Assembly: GCA_036517195.1 (NCBI GenBank)
Contig: DATDXU010000002.1
Span: 20,635-84,634 of the forward strand
DNA from: Minisyncoccota bacterium
Lineage (GTDB): Bacteria; Patescibacteriota; Minisyncoccia; Phycocordibacterales; UBA2100
Length of the DNA stretch: 64,000 nt
Direction: 5' to 3'
Part shown: in pieces, positions 26,607 to 36,069 of the stretch
Layout of the letters: every line of letters starts with the position of its first letter
Numbering within the stretch: the stretch's first letter is position 1
Made by a program: the position numbers and the translations under genes
The notes under the pieces: generated by a model
What the model saw: the letters and a program-made list of their open reading frames with translations, nothing else
What the model was told of the DNA's origin: nothing
Database searches by the model: none

Positions 26607-27758
26607 ATGGCACTCCTATGGTATTCTCCCTTTGTTGATCTTATAGCTTTGATTGGAGGTCCGTGCGGAGGGAAATCCACGGCTCTTGTGAAAGCGCGCT
26701 CATATCTTGAGAAGTATGGTATTCCAGTCTTTACACTCACAGAAACCCCAACTGAACTTATTGACGCAGGATTTTCTCCGCGAGCGGAAGATTGGTATTA
26801 TCAGACAGATTTTCAAAAGCACGTACTGCGGTACACGCTTGCGCGAGAGAATAGGTACATAGAAATGATTAAGGACCTGCATCTCAACCGTAAGGCAGTG
26901 CTTTTGTGCGATCGGCCTGTGTTTGGCGGAAGAGTTGCCTATATGTCGAAAGAGGAACACGATGCGCTTTTGACACGCGAAGGACTTTCTCTTGATGTAC
27001 TACTACATCGTTATCGTGCCGTTTTGCATCTTGTAACAGCTGCCGAGGGTGCTGAAAAGTATTATACGCTCGCGAACAACATGGCTCGAAAGGAAACAGC
27101 AGAAGAGGCGCGTGCGCTGGACAAGAGAACCATTGAATCGTGGAGTGGGCACCCCCGCGCCCACATCATTGATAACAGTACCGACTTTTCTGGTAAGATG
27201 CGTCGTTTTCAACAACTATTAGCAAGGAGTTTGGACATGCCAGAACCACTTGAGAAAGAGCGTTGGTTCGTCGTGTTGAATTTTCGTCCTGATTTTATTC
27301 CGGCAGGCACACCGCGAATGTACATTGTTCAGGATTACCTTAAGAGCTCCCCTAAGGTTGAGAGGCGAGTGCGCAGTCGTACTCTTTTTGGGGCGACACG
27401 TTTTTTCTACACGGAAAAAAGGCCGACCCTTGCTGTGGGCGAGCGCATCGAGGTGGAGCGGGAGATATCGGAGGCGGAGTATCGTGCACTTCTCACAGAT
27501 ACCACTGCATCCGTGACAAAAACTCGCTGGGGTATTCCATACGAAGGACATCATATGGAATTGGATGAATTTTACCAACCGATTTCAGGTCTTCATAAGC
27601 TCGAGATAGAGGTAGCTGACATGAAAGACCCAGTCACAATTCCTCCAGAGTGGAATGTGGTTGAAGTAACGGGAAATGCTCGTTTTGGTAGTCGCGGTAT
27701 TGCAACGGGTTCGCTTGGGTGCGGATTTTTCGTGCCCAGAAAATACGGACTTCTATAA
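26607..27758 (+). CDS. AAA_28 P-loop kinase fused to a CYTH domain (Ttd14-like)
   Basis: GGPCGGKST, LCDR, HLVTAAEGAEKYYTLANN.AR.E; CYTH motifs EKERWF, QDYL, RVR, ERIEVE, ELD, LEIE, EVTG. Confidence 0.88.
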   Translation: MALLWYSPFVDLIALIGGPCGGKSTALVKARSYLEKYGIPVFTLTETPTELIDAGFSPRAEDWYYQTDFQKHVLRYTLARENRYIEMIKDLHLNRKAVLLCDRPVFGGRVAYMSKEEHDALLTREGLSLDVLLHRYRAVLHLVTAAEGAEKYYTLANNMARKETAEEARALDKRTIESWSGHPRAHIIDNSTDFSGKMRRFQQLLARSLDMPEPLEKERWFVVLNFRPDFIPAGTPRMYIVQDYLKSSPKVERRVRSRTLFGATRFFYTEKRPTLAVGERIEVEREISEAEYRALLTDTTASVTKTRWGIPYEGHHMELDEFYQPISGLHKLEIEVADMKDPVTIPPEWNVVEVTGNARFGSRGIATGSLGCGFFVPRKYGLL

Positions 27759-27886
27759 GGGATATAAACGGCCTCGCCATGACGGGGCCGTTTTTCTTTA
27801 GGTGCGTGTGGATAACCCAAGGGGGGCTACAAGACAGGCATACAATGAAGTGTATATATCAATGTTAATAATTTTATAAACGCACT

Positions 27887-30800
27887 ATGATTCGACATCG
27901 AGAAGGGTCTCTCGCTTTTTTTGTTAAGTTCTGTATTTTCAGTATTTGTTTTCTCGCGGTATTTGCATTCTATACAACGTTCGTTCAGGCTGGCGTTTTT
28001 CAATTTGCAGACGGAGACCCGAAGCATCTGCGCGCGCTCTCGCTCGCTGCGGTAGAGGGAGCGGAAGCGGAGATCGATGTTGCGGAGAAAATCAATCTCG
28101 ACGAGAACTACACGCCGGAAGATTTCGGTATCGATAATCTCGGATTTCTTCCGAACAACCCGCTCTATGTGTTCAAAAGTTTGCGTCGTAGTGTAACATC
28201 TGCATTCACGTTTGACCCTGTTTCTCAAGCAGAATTGAAATTACAATTTGCGGCGGAAAAACTTTTGGAAGCGAAAGAATTGGCTGGGAGAGAGGGGGTA
28301 AGTGAAGGAACTATTACGCGTGCGCTCCAAAATTACGAAGACGAACTTGCGGGGATTGATAGGGAGGTGAGAGACGTGGGGAGTGCTGATCCAGAGCAAT
28401 CACTGGAGCTGGCGAGTACCGTCATGGATTCCATGACGAAGTATCAAAAAATGCTCGGCTCTTTTGACAAATCACTTTCTTCGGAATCGTTTGACACAGT
28501 GCAGGACATAAAAGACGCAACCGCGGAAACGTTTGGGGCTGTCTTTACCTTGGGAGAAGCTGGAGCAATTTCGGAAGAACTTGTCTCCGTTCTTGACACG
28601 CAATCAGGTTCCGAATTCAAGCATTTCAAAAACGCGGAAATATTGAAAGAACTAAGCGATAAAGCGCCTGTTGACGCTCACGAAGCACTGCAAGACGTAG
28701 AAGATAATGTGCTCAATAAACTGCAGGTGCAACTGGAGCAGTCTGACGCCGCGCAAAAAGCTATATTCAGCGATTTCGTGCAGGAAATAGGTGGCAGTGA
28801 AGTTCGTCACATTGAGGTCATTAATGAGCTTGAGGTACGACCTATTTCTGATGATGTTCGAGACGCTATTTCGGGTGTGAAAGAGGGGGTGTTGGCAAAA
28901 ACAGAAGATCGTCTTGAGGCATTTACGCCCGAGCAAAAAGAAAAATTTCTCGGGCACCTCGTCGGAGGCACTCTTGAGAACATCCGCGTCATTAAAGAGA
29001 TTGAAAACAGTGTTGCCGCGGGTGTGTTTGCTGGAATTGAAAAAGTAAAAACTCAAGCAACGGAGCAGTTCAAACAAAATATTGAGGAAGCGGGCACGAA
29101 CGATGAGCGCAAACAGGAGTTTACCAACTCAATCGAACGTTTTCACGATGCGAAGTCCATCTCGGTTCTTGAAGAAATAGGCGCGCTGATTCCGGACGAT
29201 AAGAAAGAGTTTTTTAACACACTCAAGCAGAAGGCTGCGCAAGAAATCAGGCGGGATATTGATGGCGCACGAAATGCCACGCAACGACAAGTTATTTACA
29301 AATCGCTTTCTGGAGACCACCCGGAAGATGTTGCCGCGCTAGAAAGCTTTGAAGGAGATATCGGGATATCAAGCTCTATGCGGGGAGTTTTGGACGCGCT
29401 TCGCGCTACGCAATATGGCCGCGTACAGAATCGTGCCGCGAATATTACGGACGCGAGCCGTTTGGAGAAATTTGAACAAGAATATCAAAAATACGAAACA
29501 TCGTTTGACGAGGCGCCGACTGGAACACGTCTCGAATCAACATTCAGAGACAGGAAAAATGTTTTCGATTCTCCGGATCGCGCGTACGACAAAATCGCGG
29601 AAGCGCGCGCCGCGCTCACAAAGCTTGAAAGTGTTGTAGATACCCTTCCGTTTGACGTCGGGTTTGAAGACGGACATTTTGACCCCGCGATTCAAGAAAT
29701 TGAGCGTATGCGCGCGGCGGCAGAAAAGAAACTGGGAGTTGCCGAAACATCGCTTGAATACAACGACGTGGGGCGGGCATTCGGAGAAGCGCAAGCCGCT
29801 CTTCAAATGGCGAAAAACGGCCTCTCCATGGCAACAGGATACAAGCAGGGAAGAAAGCAAGAAAAACAAGTGCTCGATTTCCTTCCAAAAGATTTCTATC
29901 AAAACGATACGGCTGTTCGTCCGAGTGTTACGGAAGGATTCAATTTGTACAATGCGTATGAGTTCAGTCAGTTCTGCGCGTTCACGGGCGGTTTCTTGAA
30001 AGGAAAGACACGCTGTGATTTTGCTGACGGACGATCTCTCGAAGTTCCGGGTGGCGCGTTTCCGTTCAGAATTCCACCCGAATTTGTTCCACAAAATGTA
30101 GTTCAAAAAGAAACAGATGGAAAACCGATTCCAGTCGGATGTCCTTCTGTGCCACCAACGTTTGGGAATTTCTGCGCGGGTGGAAAAATTGTGGATCAGT
30201 TTGACAGGAGGGGGTGTCAAATCGCGCCTCGTTGTGAATACAAAAATGTTGAAGATATGCCAATTCGTCCTGGGCTCGATCCAATCGATATGGAACGCAA
30301 ACTGCACCCAACTGATCCGACGCTCTGTGGTAGCTTCCAGGGGTATCAATGTCGCGAGGGGTACTACTGTGAGTATCCGAAAGACACCCGCTCTACCGAT
30401 GCGTTTGGAAAATGTGTAAAAGGAAACGAACAGGTAACCTGTCAGGCGTACTTCACCGGTTGGGTTTACGAAGCGAGCGCGAAAGGAGGAAGCCAGTGCG
30501 TGCAAAAGAGTGTTACCGGATGTACCAACCCATTCGTTTATATTTCGAAAGAGCAATGTGAACGCGGGCAAAACACAGACCCAAATACATATGAGGGAGA
30601 CGCGAATTCGTGCCCTGGATTTGCCTATAGTGCGTGGGATAAGAAGGGGGTACGTTATTGTCAACTCAATACGGAATACAGGTGTGATTACAATTATCCA
30701 AGTTACTTAACGAATGGAGCAAACTACAAGGCGGAAAATTGTCCGGCAGATTTGGTGACGGTGTATTGCGATTCCTACACCACAGAAAGTTCCTGCAAGA

Positions 30801-33043
30801 CGATAGCAACCTGTCAGTGGGGGATTCCATCGGGCGAAAGTGCAAAAAGATGTTATGTGTCTGGCAAGACGGGGATGTGTCCTTCAATGCCGACGGTGTC
30901 CAGTTGTCCGGCAGGGCAGAAAAGGGTAGTTTCATGGAGCTCACCTGAATGCGGTGAATACCATACGTGTATGAACGATACGCCGACCACGGACCAAACG
31001 TGGACACAAACCACATGGAAGTTCACTGACGGCGAACAAACGTCTATGATTCTCGACCGCTTAGACGCCGAGTATCAAAATTACTTGGCGCCTATTCGCG
31101 CGCAGTGTCTCACGATTTCCAAAGCGAAGTTTACATGGAGACAGGGCGCGGGAGATGATAGCGCAACAAACTGGAGAAACTTTGGTATTCCAGATTGTTC
31201 CGGTACGGCGACCACTAATTACCAATGTGGCAACAACATGTGTGAGATGAATGAAACGGCCCAATCGTGCCCGACTGATTGTGGTAGCACGGGAGGCGGA
31301 TGTGGCTGGTACATGAACGAAACGGCGTGTAAAACGGTGAACGGTTGTTCGTGGACCGCGATGTCCAGCAATTCGAATGGCGGATACTGCGCGCCGACAA
31401 GTACCAACTGGACACCACAGTGTTCCGACGGTAAAGACAATGACAGCGATGGAAAAATTGATTATCCAAACGATGCTGGTTGCTACGGCAAGACGGACGA
31501 CATGGAATCGGACAGCTTTGGGGGCGAGAGCGGTATGCGTCGCTGTTTTTACCCAAACACAACGAAAGGCGGCACGCACGTCGGGTGGACTATTTGGTGC
31601 GAGTCAGATTATGTGAATTGTCACTATGGAGACCCAGCTGGGAAAGTGTTTGATACTGCCGGTGCCTCTCTTGGTGCTCCATCAAGTTGCGAAAGCGGTC
31701 TTGGTGGAGGGTCAGGTGGCGGATGCGGCATATATATGACAGACGCAACATGTAAGGCCATGTCTGCATGCCGCTGGGCGACGGGTACTTCCGGTGGAGG
31801 ATACTGTGAACCGATACCCACGACATCAGGCGCGATGCAGTGTTCCGACGGCAAAGACAACGACAGTGATGGGCAAATTGATTATCCGGCTGACACCGGC
31901 TGTTACAGCAAAGAAGACCCAGACGAAGCGTATGCGGGGACTGGGACGACCTATGTGGGAGACGCAAATTCTTGCCCGAGCTTTGCCTACAGCAGATGGG
32001 ATACAAAAGGTGTCAGGTACTGTCAGCTTAATGCAGAGCGAAAGTGTGATTATAACTATCCAAGCTACATAACGAATGGCGCGAATTATAAAGCGGAAAG
32101 CTGTCCGGTAACTGATTCCACGATCACCACTACTGCTACGATGAGTTGCATGGGTACCTATACAACACAGACATCGTGTCAGAGCGCGGGATGCACGTGG
32201 TTTGCCAGTCACTATGACGGTACGCACTGTGATAACGCGGCGCATGGAAGTTCAGGCACTGGCACCAACTCTTCACAGTATGGCTCGTGCGCGAATTACA
32301 CCTCGCAATCATCATGCACAAGTGTCACAAACTGCAAGTGGTTTACCGGTTCAGGGTCTGGGAATACGTCGTACTGCTATTACGAGAGCGGAACATCAGG
32401 TTCCTCGTGTTCTTCTGGACAGTATTGGAACGGTAGCGCATGCGTTACCTCTACAACAACCGGAACTACATGCCAAACGGGTCAATACTGGAACGGGAGT
32501 AGTTGTGTCACGTCTTCAACGACGCAGTATTCTTCGGATCCAGCGACCGCGTGCGCGCAGGGGGGCGGCTCATGGAACAGTTCGACAAGTTATTGCACAA
32601 TGTCGAATTCATCCGCATGTACATCAGGTCAATATTGGAACGGTAGCGCGTGTGTTACTTCTTCAACAACGGGGTCTTCATGCCCATCGGGCCAGTGGTG
32701 GAATGGTTCAAGTTGTGTGAATACATCCACGACAGATTGTCCGTCGGGGCAATACTGGAGTGGCTCAAGCTGTGTCACCAGCTCTTCCTCAACCACAGAT
32801 TATTCCAGCATGCAGTCGTCGTGCGCGTCTGCCGGTGGCACGTGGGATTCTACAAGCAACTATTGCCAGATGCCATCAACCTCAAGTTCGTCTTCTTCAA
32901 CATCGTGTCCGTCTGACCAATATTGGAACGGTAGCTCGTGCGTAACAACATCTTCGTCTGATACCACCTCTTCGTACACTCCACCCCCTTCAACAGACAC
33001 AACAACTACGTACACACCACCCCCTACAACAACGACCCCCTAA
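27887..33043 (+). CDS. Giant secreted/surface protein (DUF5667-like N-terminus, helical stalk, Cys-rich repeats)
   Basis: Signal/TM; GFLPNNPLYVFK...KLQFAAEKLLEA; long acidic helical region; duplicated Cys modules, DxDxDG Ca-binding loops and a Ser/Thr-rich tail. Confidence 0.9.
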   Translation: MIRHREGSLAFFVKFCIFSICFLAVFAFYTTFVQAGVFQFADGDPKHLRALSLAAVEGAEAEIDVAEKINLDENYTPEDFGIDNLGFLPNNPLYVFKSLRRSVTSAFTFDPVSQAELKLQFAAEKLLEAKELAGREGVSEGTITRALQNYEDELAGIDREVRDVGSADPEQSLELASTVMDSMTKYQKMLGSFDKSLSSESFDTVQDIKDATAETFGAVFTLGEAGAISEELVSVLDTQSGSEFKHFKNAEILKELSDKAPVDAHEALQDVEDNVLNKLQVQLEQSDAAQKAIFSDFVQEIGGSEVRHIEVINELEVRPISDDVRDAISGVKEGVLAKTEDRLEAFTPEQKEKFLGHLVGGTLENIRVIKEIENSVAAGVFAGIEKVKTQATEQFKQNIEEAGTNDERKQEFTNSIERFHDAKSISVLEEIGALIPDDKKEFFNTLKQKAAQEIRRDIDGARNATQRQVIYKSLSGDHPEDVAALESFEGDIGISSSMRGVLDALRATQYGRVQNRAANITDASRLEKFEQEYQKYETSFDEAPTGTRLESTFRDRKNVFDSPDRAYDKIAEARAALTKLESVVDTLPFDVGFEDGHFDPAIQEIERMRAAAEKKLGVAETSLEYNDVGRAFGEAQAALQMAKNGLSMATGYKQGRKQEKQVLDFLPKDFYQNDTAVRPSVTEGFNLYNAYEFSQFCAFTGGFLKGKTRCDFADGRSLEVPGGAFPFRIPPEFVPQNVVQKETDGKPIPVGCPSVPPTFGNFCAGGKIVDQFDRRGCQIAPRCEYKNVEDMPIRPGLDPIDMERKLHPTDPTLCGSFQGYQCREGYYCEYPKDTRSTDAFGKCVKGNEQVTCQAYFTGWVYEASAKGGSQCVQKSVTGCTNPFVYISKEQCERGQNTDPNTYEGDANSCPGFAYSAWDKKGVRYCQLNTEYRCDYNYPSYLTNGANYKAENCPADLVTVYCDSYTTESSCKTIATCQWGIPSGESAKRCYVSGKTGMCPSMPTVSSCPAGQKRVVSWSSPECGEYHTCMNDTPTTDQTWTQTTWKFTDGEQTSMILDRLDAEYQNYLAPIRAQCLTISKAKFTWRQGAGDDSATNWRNFGIPDCSGTATTNYQCGNNMCEMNETAQSCPTDCGSTGGGCGWYMNETACKTVNGCSWTAMSSNSNGGYCAPTSTNWTPQCSDGKDNDSDGKIDYPNDAGCYGKTDDMESDSFGGESGMRRCFYPNTTKGGTHVGWTIWCESDYVNCHYGDPAGKVFDTAGASLGAPSSCESGLGGGSGGGCGIYMTDATCKAMSACRWATGTSGGGYCEPIPTTSGAMQCSDGKDNDSDGQIDYPADTGCYSKEDPDEAYAGTGTTYVGDANSCPSFAYSRWDTKGVRYCQLNAERKCDYNYPSYITNGANYKAESCPVTDSTITTTATMSCMGTYTTQTSCQSAGCTWFASHYDGTHCDNAAHGSSGTGTNSSQYGSCANYTSQSSCTSVTNCKWFTGSGSGNTSYCYYESGTSGSSCSSGQYWNGSACVTSTTTGTTCQTGQYWNGSSCVTSSTTQYSSDPATACAQGGGSWNSSTSYCTMSNSSACTSGQYWNGSACVTSSTTGSSCPSGQWWNGSSCVNTSTTDCPSGQYWSGSSCVTSSSSTTDYSSMQSSCASAGGTWDSTSNYCQMPSTSSSSSSTSCPSDQYWNGSSCVTTSSSDTTSSYTPPPSTDTTTTYTPPPTTTTP

Positions 33044-33092
33044 TTCCGCAAAAAAGAACCCCCCGATTTCGTGAGGGGGGGGTGAAAGGGTG

Positions 33093-33596
33093 TTATTGGA
33101 GTGCGGGACACGGATAGGTGGCGCACAGCAATTTCCATGCCATGCGCGATTTTTCCATTGCCTCTTTCCACAGGGGAGAGTGTTGGTTGATTCTTTTTGT
33201 CGGCGGCTCACGTTCATTCTGGAGACCGGTCATCCTTTTCTTGATGGTGACGATGCGGTCGTTTTCCCAAAACTCCCACGACGTAATGTGTATGCCATAC
33301 GTATTTTTTCGTGCAACCCGTTCCTCAACCATCCAACGTCCACCGTCACCGAAAGAGTAAAAGTGAACGGCAAACACTTTCTCATCTCCGGATTCGCCCC
33401 GTAAGGGTGTCAGTACACTTAAGCTCACGGTTGGCGGATGGGTTTCAATTATTTTTCCGAATTCTCTCATATTTTTTTCCATCGCGCGTATCACGTCCCC
33501 ACTTGGATATGGCTCAAACGCGAATGTGGGCGAAGAAAATCCGACACTTGCGGCAATGGTGAGAGCCACAACTTGGGCGATCATGGATGTGTTCAT
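33093..33596 (-). CDS. Hypothetical secreted protein
   Basis: Signal peptide ending TFA; AAAGGA SD. Confidence 0.7.
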   Translation of the reverse strand: MNTSMIAQVVALTIAASVGFSSPTFAFEPYPSGDVIRAMEKNMREFGKIIETHPPTVSLSVLTPLRGESGDEKVFAVHFYSFGDGGRWMVEERVARKNTYGIHITSWEFWENDRIVTIKKRMTGLQNEREPPTKRINQHSPLWKEAMEKSRMAWKLLCATYPCPALQ

Positions 33597-33821
33597 CGCA
33601 CATATCCTTTCTACGTTTGTATGCTATGTTGCTTATACCACTCTGCACTTTAAAAGTCAAATTCGTCAGAGGTGCGCGAGACATATTCTCTGGCGGGATT
33701 AAGTTTTTAGATGGTCACGATATCACAACGCACAATACACACACGCAAGAGTTGCAACGGGTTGACGTGTGGTAGTGTGAGTTAAGAACATGATCGCACA
33801 ACACAGGAAAGAGAGGTTTAC

Positions 33822-35960
33822 ATGTCCGAAGGCGCACGCACATCAAAAATACTTACTTTAGAGGAACTCAAAAGCGACATATACAAAAGTGAGTTTTGGA
33901 AAGAAATGCCCTTTGGGGAATACTTGAATCTTGCACATACGTTTCCATCGGTTTCAAATTCCGCGTATCAGCGAATGTACAAAACGATTGTAGGTCAGGG
34001 CATGCATCCTTACAAATTTGCGGGCCGTGACTACATTCATTACACTGCTTTCGATGATCCGTGGGAAGATGGAAAAGACGCAGTGTTTGGTCTTGATCGG
34101 ACACTCATGCGTCTCGTTGATGTGCTTCGTGCGGGAGCCGCTCGTCTCGGACAAGAACGTCGCATTATCCTGATGCATGGTCCGGTTGGTTCTTGTAAGA
34201 CCACAATCGCGCGCCTTCTTCGGAAAGGGATTCAGGCAAACACCAAGACAGACGCCGGTCAGTTATATACATATTCGTGGCTTGCGAAAACTGACGAAGA
34301 TCGCCTCATTCTCGGACTTTCGTCGTCAAGCGATGCTCAACGAATACATAACAAGGTTTCCTGTCCTGTTCACGAAGATCCGCTGATGTTGCTACCTCCA
34401 GATGCGCGCGGACAAGTGGTTGCAAAAATGAATTGCGTTTCCACTAAGGGGACTGAGCGCGGTCGCGAAGAACTCATTGAGTTCGAGGGCGAACTATGTC
34501 CTGTGTGTCGTCTGATGTATCAAGGATTTCTGCGTAAGTATAAGGGAGACTGGAAGAAAGTAATTTCGGAACACATAGAAGTGCGTCGGCTCATCTTCTC
34601 CGAAGTTGACCGTATCGGCATTGGTTCGTTTCGTCCGAAGGACGAGAAGAATCAGGACTCCACTGAATTAACCGGTGACATGAACTATCGCAAGATTGCG
34701 GAGTATGGTTCGGAGTCTGATCCTCGCGCGTTTAATTTTGACGGTGAGTTTCAGGTTTCCCATCGTGGCTTCTTCTATGTAGAAGAGGCGCTCAAACTTG
34801 ACAAAGCGTTTTTGTACGACTTTCTCGGCGCAAGCCAAGAGCATGTCGTAAAACCGAAGCGTTTCGCGGAGATGTTTATCGACGAGGTTCTTATGGCTGG
34901 TACGAATAATCCAGAATATGAGAAGCTTCGAGAAGACGATAGCATGGAAGCGTTTCGCGATCGAACGACGCGTGTTGATGTCCCGTATGTCCTTCGTCTT
35001 GACGATGAGAAACGCATCTATAACAAGGTGTATGCTACTATCTCTGGAGGAAAACACATCGCTCCACACACACGAGAAATGGCATCACTGTGGGCGATTT
35101 TCACGCGCCTCAAAAATTCTGAAAGAGAAGTGACGCGTGGGCTCAAACTTAGAGACAAGGCGCGCCTGTATAACGGGAAGGTTGTACATGGATATACTGA
35201 CGAACATGTGCAGGACCTTCTGGGTGAGCATCCCGAGGAAGGAATGAGTGGTATTTCTCCTCGATATGTGAACGACATGATAGGTGCTGCTATTGTGAAG
35301 GATCTTCAGGCGCCGTGCACATCGTGGTTCGCCGTTAAGCGTGAACTCGAAGACGGTCTCAAAACCCACTCTCTCATCAAGGGAAGTAAGGGTTCTGGTA
35401 AACGCGAGGACTATCTAAAATATCTTTCCTATGTTATGGAAGAGTTCGATAATATAGTCAAAGAAGAAGTGCAAGAGGCGGTTGCTGGAGATGAAAATGA
35501 TCTCAAGCAGTTGTTTGAGAAATATGTTAATCATCTGGTCGCATATATCAACGGCGAAAAAGTTCTCGATCATCGAGGAGAGCGCGTTGTTCCAGACGAA
35601 CGCCTCATGCGTGAAGTCGAAGAAAAGATTGAAGTTAGTCCGCAACACAAAGATGAATTTCGTCGTCGAGTCGTGCAAACTATGGGTACACGGGCAAGAC
35701 GCAAGGAAGAGTTTAATTACAAAACGGATGAACGTTTGTATCGCGCCTTGCGTTTAAAGTTGTTTGAAGACCGCAAGGACACCATTAACCTCTCAACTCT
35801 GCATACAGGGGTTATTGATCCTGGAGAGCAGGAGAAGATTGAGGTGGTGAAGAAGCGTCTCAAGCAAAACGCGGGGTACTGTGATCATTGTGCAACGCTG
35901 GTTTTGAACCACGTCGCGTCCATTTTTGCACGCGGAACAAGCACGAAAAACAAGGCCTAA
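33822..35960 (+). CDS. prkA: PrkA/YeaG-family AAA+ serine kinase
   Basis: HGPVGSCKTT, CPVHEDPL, GELCPVC, RIGIGSFRPKDEKNQDSTELTG, YGSESDPRAFNFDG, EGMSGISPRY, GYCDHCA. Confidence 0.95.
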   Translation: MSEGARTSKILTLEELKSDIYKSEFWKEMPFGEYLNLAHTFPSVSNSAYQRMYKTIVGQGMHPYKFAGRDYIHYTAFDDPWEDGKDAVFGLDRTLMRLVDVLRAGAARLGQERRIILMHGPVGSCKTTIARLLRKGIQANTKTDAGQLYTYSWLAKTDEDRLILGLSSSSDAQRIHNKVSCPVHEDPLMLLPPDARGQVVAKMNCVSTKGTERGREELIEFEGELCPVCRLMYQGFLRKYKGDWKKVISEHIEVRRLIFSEVDRIGIGSFRPKDEKNQDSTELTGDMNYRKIAEYGSESDPRAFNFDGEFQVSHRGFFYVEEALKLDKAFLYDFLGASQEHVVKPKRFAEMFIDEVLMAGTNNPEYEKLREDDSMEAFRDRTTRVDVPYVLRLDDEKRIYNKVYATISGGKHIAPHTREMASLWAIFTRLKNSEREVTRGLKLRDKARLYNGKVVHGYTDEHVQDLLGEHPEEGMSGISPRYVNDMIGAAIVKDLQAPCTSWFAVKRELEDGLKTHSLIKGSKGSGKREDYLKYLSYVMEEFDNIVKEEVQEAVAGDENDLKQLFEKYVNHLVAYINGEKVLDHRGERVVPDERLMREVEEKIEVSPQHKDEFRRRVVQTMGTRARRKEEFNYKTDERLYRALRLKLFEDRKDTINLSTLHTGVIDPGEQEKIEVVKKRLKQNAGYCDHCATLVLNHVASIFARGTSTKNKA

Positions 35961-35975
35961 CTATGGGCATGTGGG

Positions 35976-36002
35976 GGGACGGAAGGTGTAACCTTCCGTC
36001 CC
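35976..36002. repeat. REP-like hairpin / possible terminator (AAGGT-N3-ACCTT core)
   Basis: GGGACGGAAGGT-GTA-ACCTTCCGTCCC followed by a T-rich tract. Confidence 0.55.
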
Positions 36003-36069
36003 TTTCTTTTTTAAATACCCATGAGAGTATGTACATAGAATAGATAGGTACAAAGAAAGGTAGGGTGCG

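Noticed and set aside
23824-27815. DnaA-box matches TGTGGATAA at 23824 and 27807 near a gene-strand switch, suggesting oriC
   Set aside because: The boxes are isolated, with no cluster, no clear unwinding element and no dnaA/dnaN; cumulative GC skew would be needed.
29537-30664. 375-aa antisense ORF inside the giant gene
   Set aside because: Shadow ORF with no recognisable motifs, fully overlapping a well-supported gene.
32408-32950. Recurring TATTGGAACGGTAG units resembling a CRISPR array
   Set aside because: They are in-frame protein repeats with synonymous variation and irregular spacing; no cas genes are present.
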